From Candidatus Omnitrophota bacterium (GTDB taxonomy: Bacteria > Omnitrophota > Gorgyraeia > B26-G9), in the NCBI GenBank assembly GCA_043805415.1, contig JAZDHZ010000039.1, forward strand, positions 14,554 through 78,553: a stretch of 64,000 nt of DNA. The letters are read 5' to 3'. The notes beneath the pieces were generated by a model. The model made no database searches, was not told where the DNA came from, and worked only from the letters and a program-made list of their open reading frames with translations. Positions 28,950 to 37,400 of this stretch are shown in pieces. A program made the translations under genes and the position numbers. The first letter of the stretch is position 1, and the number at the start of each line of letters is the position of its first letter.

Positions 28950-30077
28950 ATGAAAGTAGACTTTATAAATTTAAAAAAACAAAACGCTTGTTTGAGTAAG
29001 CAATTGCTTGGAGCTGTAAAAGAGGTGATAGCATCCACGGAATTTATTTTAGGTGAGCAGGTGCGGCTTTTTGAAAAGGAATTCGCCGAATATTGCGGCG
29101 CGAATTATGGGATAGGAGTTAGTTCCGGTACTGACGCTTTATTTTTAACCCTGCTTAGCCTGGGAATTGGAAAAGGAGACGAGGTCATCTGCCCTGTTTT
29201 TACTTATATCGCGACAGCGCTTAGTATTTCTTATACAGGCGCTAAACCGGTGTTTGTTGATATTGGAAAACAGTCTTTTAATATTGATGCTGAGCAGATA
29301 GAGAAAAAAATAACAAAAAAAACAAAGGCAATTATAGTAGTGCATCTTTACGGCCAAGCGGCAAACATGGCACCGATACTTAAGCTGGCGAAAAAATATA
29401 AACTAAAGGTTATTGAAGACTGTGCTCAGGCTCATGGAGCGGCATGGCGCAGCAGCAATGGTAAGTGGCAGAGGGTCGGGGCAATTGGCGATGCCGGCTG
29501 TTTCAGTTTTTATCCGACTAAAAATTTAGGCGCTTGCGGGGATGCCGGCATAGTGCTGACTAATAGTAATATTGTTAGAAAAAGGCTGCTTGTGCTGCGG
29601 GATCAGGGAAGAAAGGGTAAGAGTAGAAATTTGCATTATATTAAGGGGTATAACTGCCGATTAGATTCAATCCAGGCCGCGATGCTGAGGGTTAAATTGA
29701 AAAATTTGGATAAATATAATAAATTAAGGGTACAAAAAGCTGACTATTATAGCAGGCTTCTAAAAAATCATCCAGGCATTATAGTGCCTTTTCAGCAGGA
29801 TTACAGTAAAGATGTATATTATAATTATAGTGTATTGGTAAACAGCAGAAACCGGATTAAAAACGAACTTTTGAAAAAAGGCGTTCATACCAGTATTAAT
29901 TTTTCTCCGGCGCTGCATTTACAAAGAGCTTATAAGGAATTAGCGCATAAAAAAAACGATTTCCCCCAAGCGGAAAAGGCAGCCCGAGAAATTTTATGTC
30001 TGCCGCTGTATCCGGAATTGCCTGACGCATCCGTGAAGTATGTCGCGGAAAATTTAAAAATTGCCGCGCGGAACTAG
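28950..30077 (+). CDS. DegT/DnrJ/EryC1/StrS-family PLP-dependent sugar aminotransferase (WbpE/PglE-like)
   Basis: It has 'LGEQVRLFEKEFAEYCG', 'GDEVICPVFTYIAT', 'FSFYPTKNLGACGDAGIV' and 'RDQGR'. Confidence 0.85.
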   Translation: MKVDFINLKKQNACLSKQLLGAVKEVIASTEFILGEQVRLFEKEFAEYCGANYGIGVSSGTDALFLTLLSLGIGKGDEVICPVFTYIATALSISYTGAKPVFVDIGKQSFNIDAEQIEKKITKKTKAIIVVHLYGQAANMAPILKLAKKYKLKVIEDCAQAHGAAWRSSNGKWQRVGAIGDAGCFSFYPTKNLGACGDAGIVLTNSNIVRKRLLVLRDQGRKGKSRNLHYIKGYNCRLDSIQAAMLRVKLKNLDKYNKLRVQKADYYSRLLKNHPGIIVPFQQDYSKDVYYNYSVLVNSRNRIKNELLKKGVHTSINFSPALHLQRAYKELAHKKNDFPQAEKAAREILCLPLYPELPDASVKYVAENLKIAARN

Positions 30078-30165
30078 CTGGAAGCCAGCCGCAAGGTTAT
30101 GTCCGGGAACTTGCTTTTTATGCTCAGATATGATATGTTAGGCAATGTCAATTAGCGTATATCGC

Positions 30166-30253
30166 GGAGGAATGGCTGAGCGGTCGAAAGCGGCGGTCTT
30201 GAAAACCGTTGTACTGCAAGGTACCGTGGGTTCGAATCCTACTTCCTCCGCCA
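30166..30253 (+). tRNA. tRNA-Ser (anticodon UGA), class II tRNA with a long variable arm, CCA encoded
   Basis: The sequence GGAGGAATGGCTGAGCGGTCGAAAGCGGCGGTCTTGAAAACCGTT...GGGTTCGAATCCTACTTCCTCCGCCA is almost identical in architecture to E. coli tRNA-Ser(UGA). The anticodon loop is CT-TGA-AA. Confidence 0.9.
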
Positions 30254-30262
30254 GAAATAATG

Positions 30263-30292
30263 CCCCTGAGTATTTTACTCAGGGGTTTTTTT
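30263..30292 (+). terminator. rho-independent terminator after tRNA-Ser
   Basis: There is a perfect 9-bp stem CCCCTGAGT/ACTCAGGGG with a 5-nt loop, followed by T7. Confidence 0.7.
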
Positions 30293-30486
30293 ATTGTACG
30301 AGGAAGTAGGATGAGAACCCAAAAAGGGGTATTGAAGGGGAAAGACTGTTTCCCCTTCTCGGCGAGATGCGCTTGCCTGCGGAAGGAAGGGGTATCTAAG
30401 GGGAAACTATAAGAGTTTCCCTTTAGGGAGTGAGTGGACCGCAGCGAAGCGAAGGGAAACGACACGACGGGTTCGGCGAAGCGAAA

Positions 30487-30505
30487 TTCCTACTTCCTCC
30501 GCCAT
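30487..30505 (+). repeat. direct repeat of the tRNA-Ser 3' end (18/19 nt identical to 30235..30253), an att-site-like scar
   Basis: 'attcctacttcctccgcca' is compared with the tRNA 3' end 'aatcctacttcctccgcca'. An inverted 13-nt copy ('gaggaagtaggat') lies at 30300..30312. Confidence 0.7.
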
Positions 30506-30511
30506 TTTTCG

Positions 30512-30568
30512 TAAAACGAAAAATGGCGAGATCTCGCCCGCCGCAAATCGGCGAGGCGGATCCGCCAG
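30512..30568 (+). repeat. 57-bp direct repeat copy 1, containing nested perfect palindromes
   Basis: It is identical to 30831..30887. It contains GGCGAGATCTCGCC (14-bp palindrome), CGCCG-caaat-CGGCG and GGCGGATCCGCC (12-bp palindrome). Confidence 0.85.
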
Positions 30569-30830
30569 AAAATAGAAAATCCCTGTCTGAAAAGATGGGG
30601 ATTTTTTTTAAGGATACTGAGGGAATTGTAGGATTCAAGTAAAAAAATGTTTTAGGAGGGAAGAACGGAACGTTGCCTCTTTATTATAACAAAATAAGCA
30701 ATGCTTGAAATGTAATATTCTTGCGAATCATTTCCAATGCGGGTTTTGAATTGGTACTTTGTTTTTGCGACTTGTTTAAGTGCAAGTATATTGCTCAATT
30801 ATAAAGGGGACGGTTGTCCCTATATACTCT

Positions 30831-30887
30831 ATAAAACGAAAAATGGCGAGATCTCGCCCGCCGCAAATCGGCGAGGCGGATCCGCCA
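30831..30887 (+). repeat. 57-bp direct repeat copy 2 (perfect copy of 30512..30568)
   Basis: This is an exact 57/57 match. It is read in a different frame from copy 1 by overlapping ORFs, so it is non-coding. Confidence 0.85.
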
Positions 30888-30898
30888 GCTTTAATAAC

Positions 30899-31173
30899 AT
30901 GAATTATTTATATATTCTTTTAAACGAAGCAGGGACTCGAACTTATACTGGAGTCGCAGAAGATGTTGAGAAGCGGCTTCAGCAGCATAATAGCGGCTTC
31001 AGCAGCATAATAGCGGCAGAGTAAAAGCATCACTTCCATACAGGCCCTATAAAGTAATCCACATAGAGCAGTTTTTAACCCTAAAAGAAGCGCGTCAAAA
31101 AGAAAAATTCTATAAGTCAACTACTGGCCGTAGAGTTATAAAAGAAAAGTTTTTTAAAGAGGGCGGGGAGTGA
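30899..31173 (+). pseudogene. GIY-YIG nuclease-superfamily small protein (UPF0213/YhbQ-like) disrupted by a 20-bp tandem duplication
   Basis: The N-terminus 'MNYLYILLNEAGTRTYTGVAEDVEKRLQQHNSG' is a canonical GIY-YIG/YhbQ motif. After the 20-bp duplication at 30974..31013 the frame hits a stop at 31022. Removing one copy restores the expected C-terminus '...HNSGRVKASLPYRPYKVIHIEQFLTLKEARQKEKFYKSTTGRRVIKEKFF'. Confidence 0.75.
30974..31013 (+). repeat. perfect 2 x 20-bp tandem duplication (cggcttcagcagcataatag) causing the frameshift in the GIY-YIG gene
   Basis: This was seen directly. Two identical adjacent 20-mers are followed by cggcagag. 20 is not a multiple of 3, so the duplication frameshifts the gene. 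Confidence 0.9.
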
Positions 31174-31320
31174 ACATCTGAGTACTGCTCTGCTTCCCCA
31201 GAGCAAACGGAAGAAGTGAACGACGAGGACGCAATCCCAGTTTACCCTCCATAGCTTTAGTGAAGGAGTCATCAATAATCTAACAGCCTAATTACAGCTG
31301 TATATTTTTTGAGTCCTTAT

Positions 31321-31349
31321 TTGCATCATAACTAACGTTAGGGTATACT
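31321..31349 (+). promoter_or_regulatory. candidate sigma70 promoter (TTGCAT-17 bp-TATACT) upstream of the giant ORF
   Basis: A -35 TTGCAT, a 17-nt spacer and a -10 TATACT lie about 75 nt upstream of the ATG at 31424. Confidence 0.3.
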
Positions 31350-31423
31350 TTAATGTTCTTTTGTTTGTGCGTGTGGATACATGAGTTAAAGATTTAATCT
31401 GTTGGCAGCAATAGGAATAAAAA

Positions 31424-34400
31424 ATGCAAAAATCTCCAAAAAAATTTTTAAAATGTATAGCAGTATGTCTTATACAAGTTTTAGTGCTGTCAAATTGTAA
31501 CGCTCTTGCTTTGGCTAACACTGGCTGCCAAGCATATGATACCTTGGCTCCAACACTCACAGTAAATATGCCGGCATTTATGCATGCCTACAAAACATCA
31601 AGTGATCTTCTCCCCTTAGATCTGCAGGGGGTATCCCTTAAACAAGTCTTATTAGAGTATAACACAAAGGATCAACTAGATGAGCTGATCCGTAACGCTA
31701 GTCAGAAGTCCAGTAAAGATCTTTTCCGGGAGCTATCTAATGCGGTTGCGCAAATTGGTTTTGCCAATGTTAGCGCAAAAGAACGCTATCTTTTTATTAA
31801 GCTTCTAAGTAAAGGCAAACTGGATTTTCTTTCCGATCAGGTAAACCTGAATCCCTATATATATCAAAGATTGACAAAACTTTTTGAGGATAACAGCAGT
31901 ATTAGTTTTGCGAGTATCGCAAAAGAGATGTTGGCCGCAGAACTTGATTCCGGAAATACGAATTTACCTTTAGACGCACAGCGTATATCGGGTATGCCGA
32001 AGATTCTACTTGTAGGGCCTTATCGTTCAGAACTAGGTGATCGTGAAATTGGAGCATTTCTTTCGCCTCCGTTAGGTGTGCACAGGATTGCTTCTTTTGC
32101 CCGTCAGTTTGGAGTTCAGGCAGATGTTTATGATATTGATTTGCTGGGTATTGAGGGATTAATCGAAAAGGTTAAAAAAGAAAAATATGATTTTATTATG
32201 TTTAGCGTATATCATCAGACAATTGCCAATGGTTTAAATGGAATTCATCAGGTTAAGCAGGCATTCCCGGATGCAATTATTGTTGCTGGTGGACAGGGTA
32301 TTATTGATAGGGGGCCGATAAACAATGTTGATTTTATTTTTAAACACGCGCCTGTTGATATTATGGTTCGCGGATTCGGCGAGTTTTCTGTGCTGGATAT
32401 GGCAGTAAGTCTTGATAAAAATAATCAAAAACATAACGAATTTGATGATATCCCGGGATTGCTGTTTCGCGATAAACGTGCTGCAAAAGCGCAGATGAAA
32501 TATTCTACAGATGACTTTCGGGTGGTTTCTTATTCGATGGATTATAGTGAAATCCCTCAAGATTTCTATTGGCAGAATAATACAGAGACAATGGGACAAC
32601 GTGATATTTTAAAAATGGCACGACTTATTACTGAGAGCCATTGCCCGTTTAACTGCACTTTTTGTTCCTCCAGGGTATTTCTCGATATCGCTATTGATGG
32701 AATTCAGCCGGTGTTGTATCTTTCTCCGCAGGATTCAATTAATTTACTGAATAAATTTATTGCCGCTCATCCGGAAGTTGAAGCAGTTTATCTGCATGAT
32801 GATGATTTTTTTCTTAACAAAAAAAGAGTTGCTGAATTTGTCTATTTGATACAGCAGGGCAAATTAAATAAAGACTTGAAGTTTTTTGCTCAGGGGAGAA
32901 CTGATGATTTAGATAAACCAATGCTGCGCAAGCTTTATGATGTAGGCTTTCGCCTGATCAGTTACGGGCAGGAATCAGGATCACAAAAGATGCTCAATGC
33001 TTTGCGTAAAGATAGTGATGTAACTGCTTCCAGCGATATGCTGGCGCAAAGCTATGAAGTTGGCATTATTCCTCATATCAATTTGATATTATTTCCTCCA
33101 AAAACAACTCTTGCTGATATTCAGAAAACAGTGGAAATGGCACTGCCTCTAATCGAACAAGGAGCACATATTGCTATCAGCGGACGGGTTCTTGTGCTGC
33201 CGGGAGCAAGTATGGCAGAAGAGGGGTATGAGATAGAATATCGATCTTCTGAAATTGCCGCTACAGGAGAGATAATACAGGTTCCATTTCTTTTTAAGCC
33301 TGTTGATCCGAGAATGCAGGAAATAGCAGAAAAAGCTGATTCAGTCAGGGATAGCAAGGTTGAGGCATTAAGGAAGCGCTATCCGGAATTAGACCGCCTT
33401 CCGCAGCAAATTGACGGCTTAAGTTATTTTTGGGCAGTCTATTCTCTGGCTGATTTGGCAACGGATAAAATAGAATATGTGATCCATCGCCTTATACAGC
33501 AGGAGATCAATGAACAACGCCGCGCTAAAAAAACAGCGCGCGCATTTTCTCTGGGAGAAAAAGTGCGATTGCCTGACTTGACGGATATGGAAATTGTTAC
33601 GGCTCATAATGAGAATAATGCGCAGTTGCTGATTGTTTCCGATTGCCCCTTGCGATGCCGTTTCTGTATTAATTTTGAATTTACCCAAGACGGCGTATTC
33701 CGGCATAAATTTTTACAATGGGATGAAGCCGAATATCGCCAATTGCTTAAAAAACTTAAAAAAGCAGGGATTACAGCAGTAACGCTTACGGGCGGAGAAC
33801 CTTCATATCATCCTAATCTTGTAGATTTTGTGCGGGTTGCAAAAGAAGAAGGGTTAAGAATTAGGATCACGTCCAATGGGTTGGGGCTTAACAAGAAGAT
33901 CCTGACTGACCTTCAACAGGCAAAACTTGATAACCTGACATTTTCTGTTTTTTCTTTTGATGAGATGCAATATAGAAAAATCTCAGTTCCAGAGCTGGCG
34001 CTTATTCAGGATAAGGCGGGCCTGATCGAGCCTGTGCTTGCTGCGATAAAGCAAAACATTAAAGACGCGCTGAGTGTAGGGCTTGATCCTCGATTAAATG
34101 TTATTATTACGCGTGATACTTATCCCGATGGAACGCGCCATATCATTAATGAAGCGCGGGCAATGGGTGTGCGGAAATTTCAGCTAAAAGAATTATCCGT
34201 AGAAGAAGGTATCCGTTTTACACAGGACCAATATGTGGAAATAGATGAAACGATATTGGGAGAGTTGTTCCCAAAAGTTGATTTTTACAAAAACCCTCGC
34301 TTTCAGACCGATGATATGAAAGGATTTGTATCTTACAATGAAGCTGATCCTAATAGTATAGATCTTTCAGTTGTGCTTTTTAGTTTTGAAAAGGCAAAAA

Positions 34401-37400
34401 GAATGAACACAGTTCGCGATATTTTTGTTAATCCGTTCGCGCCGATTGAGCGTTTTGCCACAAGCGGCCGCGATCCGAAGACAAGCGCCTCGGCATTACT
34501 TAAAAACGGAGAATTGATACAGTTAGCGCGGCAAACAGTCCCTGCCGAAGAAAATGGAAAAAATTTAAGGATTGGATTTTTGCATGGGCGTTATCAACCG
34601 CCGCATTTTGGGCATCTGGATTTGATCCGCAAAGCTCTGGAGGAAAATGACAAAGTAATAGTTTTGGTGGGAGCGGATAAGGCCGATAGTGAAAAAAATC
34701 CTATCCCGCAAGGGGTCCGAGTCCGGGCTTTGCAGACATTTTTCCCGCAGGAGATCATGGAAGGCAGTCTAATAATTGCGTTTAATGATGATATCCAAGA
34801 AACAGAGATATTGAAAAATGTGAACTGGGGGCAGCGGTATTATAATTTTGTGAGAGAACTGATGCCCGATGGTAATATAACTGTTTATACAGGCCCTGAA
34901 GGGGATAAAGGTTGGTGGGACCGATTTTCTGATGTACAAGTCAAACGTAGCGAAAAAAGATTAAACAATATAAGTGCTACTCAAATTAGAGAGGGAGCTT
35001 TGGCAATGGCTCCGGATTTATCTTATCAATTGTTGCGTGAAGCAAGACAGGTTGAGCATGAAAAACCAGAGTTTGAATGGACAGAGTTGCCGGAAATCAT
35101 TCCAGAGTTTATGGATGACGATGCAATGCATTTTGGAGCGGGAATATGTCTTGAAACAGATTATAATAGGTTTTTTAAACAAGCAATGCCGATGTTATGG
35201 GCAGACGGGAATACGGGTTTTGCCCGGCTTGCTGGTTTTCTCTCAAGCTTTGAGACTCCGGGTAGCGGGTTTATCCTTCGCTTGCCCAAGCTAAAACGTG
35301 AGCAGTCAGTTTATGCCCCGGGCATGGGACTAGGTATTTGTCCGCAAAAAAGAATTACAGCTCTTGGCGAACAGAAAATTATTGCGCAGGAAGCAGCGCG
35401 CGAATTGTTCCCCGATCTTATTGTATCCCCGCAATGGACACAGCAGGAATATGACCACTATATTTATTACCACATTGCCTCAACAGTGCTTTCGTCATTA
35501 TTTAGCGACATTGTTGCCTTATGGCATCTAAGTGACGAAGAAGTAAAAAAAGGGTTAAGTTTACTTCCGGAAGAAGAACGATATCGCAGTGTGGGATTGC
35601 TTGATCTTTACCGTCAGGTAGATTCCAAGCTCAGCGAAGCTACCTTGGAGAAATTTTTTCATGCTTTACTTGAATTGAATATTTCCGAAGACGAGCAGCC
35701 TTTGCGCGATCTGGTAGGACAAGAATCAAAGGCATTGGAACAGATCATTGAGCGCTTTAGTATATACGCGAAAAAAGACAGAAAATGGTTTGGAGCTCTT
35801 TACAGTCAAAGACTGCTTCACCCGGAACTTAATGATTGGGGAAAGCGTCAGCAAAAAGGAGTAACCTATAATAAGTTTATCAGCGATTTTGGAGGGCGTA
35901 ATGCCAAGCAAAAAATAAACTCTTTTCTTTTGCATCGCTTTAATTCTGCAATGAACTGGCAAAAACCATTTGATCCTATGGCTAACAGATCTAAAGCATT
36001 ATTGAATTTTTTAAAGTCACAGGAGGTTATATTTTTCCGCTTTCGCGGATTAGGATTAACAGAGACAGGCCTAAGCACAAAGCAGGAGTTAGAGAGAATC
36101 ATTGAACAGCTTGAAAAAGACATGGCTAATGAACAATGGTGGGACGATAATCGTGTGGGGTTAGCCATTTCTGCGTTACGGCAATGCTGGGGGCCTATGA
36201 TAGACGCGTTGCATTTACGAGGATTTATTTCAGCAGAAGAGAGAATGATATATTTACGCTATTATCCTTATCAAGAAAACAGGCGGTTTTACGGTAAACG
36301 TTATAATGACACAACTGTTATCGAGCATGCTGAAAGTATGGTATCAAGTACACGCGGAGACATTGCGGAAGCAAGGATCATTGACAAGCATCTTGAACGC
36401 AGCCGCAAGTACAGGGCAACGATAAAGACGCATCGGGAATATCCGACTAGCCCCTTGGTGAGTACAGCGTTGATTGCGGAAACGGAAGACGGCAGCCTCT
36501 TATTTGAAAAACGCGACGGAAAATTAGCGCTGCCTGAGCGTTTTGTCCTGGCAGACTCATCATTGGAAAATAATGTGGATAAACTAGTTGATGCTTTGGG
36601 CATTACAAGAATGAATGACATGCAATTTTTTGATTTTGCAACTGACCCGCAGCGTAATGAAAGGGTGTACGTATACACAGCTGTAGCTAATATAAAGGCG
36701 AAAAAATATTCAGCGGGCAAAGCAATTGCCGTATCAAAAGCCGTGATCGACATTGAGCAGATAACTCCGGAACATCGTGAAATTATTCGCAAATATTTAT
36801 TTGGATATAATGCTGTTTCGCGAGCGCATTATTTAAATAATATGCGGGTTGATCAGGCAACAGGTTCTGTTGTTAAGCAAAGCGTAGATCCTGAACGCGA
36901 CAAAAGAACGGCTGGTGTGCATGCTGAATTTGCGGGCAATGGCTTGACCCAGCCCTTAATCGCTGCAGATGCGATTATTGAGTATGTGGACGCGGAAGGA
37001 GAAGACAGGGGAGTTCTTTTGGTGAAAAGGTCGGGAGATAATCAATGGGCTACGATCGGGGGTTTTGCCAACAGATATGAAAGTGCTGAGCATTCTATTG
37101 CCAGAAAAGTTTACGAGAAGATCGGATTCAAAAATATTCAGTTCAAAAAACTATTAAGGTTAGCAACCCATCCCGATCGAGATGAGCGCTTGTATGTTTG
37201 GGCTCCGGCTTTTGTTGTTAAAGTTCAGGGAGAACTGCCGCAGCTGAAGCAGGATGTAATCGCATATACTTTTGTCAAGTCAGAGGCAGAACTGGATAAG
37301 CTCTTAGCAAGAAAAGATGGGCAAGGGGGTGTTTGGGCTGACCATTATGAAACACTGCGTAACTATTTTAGACAAAAGTCGCGGAACAATAAAAAAGTAT

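Noticed and set aside
30078-30165. Integrase or other mobile-element gene next to tRNA-Ser
   Set aside because: There is no ORF with recombinase motifs anywhere between the tRNA and the giant gene. Only att-like scars remain, so no mobile_element feature was called.
30254-30600. Structured RNA (RNase P RNA, tmRNA, SRP or 6S) in the tRNA-flanking non-coding region
   Set aside because: I looked for the conserved RNase P P4 motif (GGAAAGTCCGGGCTCC) and tmRNA/SRP signatures and found none. The hairpins present are better explained as a terminator and repeat elements.
30148-30642. Four ORF-track entries (30148..30465 -, 30209..30412 +, 30423..30638 -, 30430..30642 +) in the tRNA-Ser region
   Set aside because: They overlap the tRNA gene, its terminator and the non-coding repeat scars. 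The two copies of the 57-bp repeat are read in different frames, and none of the translations resembles a known protein. They were treated as spurious.
30512-30887. Possibility that the 57-bp repeats are a CRISPR array
   Set aside because: There are only two copies, separated by 262 bp rather than by regular ~30-40-bp spacers. They are internally palindromic in a way atypical for CRISPR repeats, and there are no cas genes in the window.
30737-30898. Upstream extension of the GIY-YIG ORF (ORF track starts at 30737)
   Set aside because: The extension runs through the second copy of the 57-bp palindromic repeat. The conserved GIY-YIG N-terminus starts at the ATG at 30899, so the long form is an artefact of there being no upstream stop.
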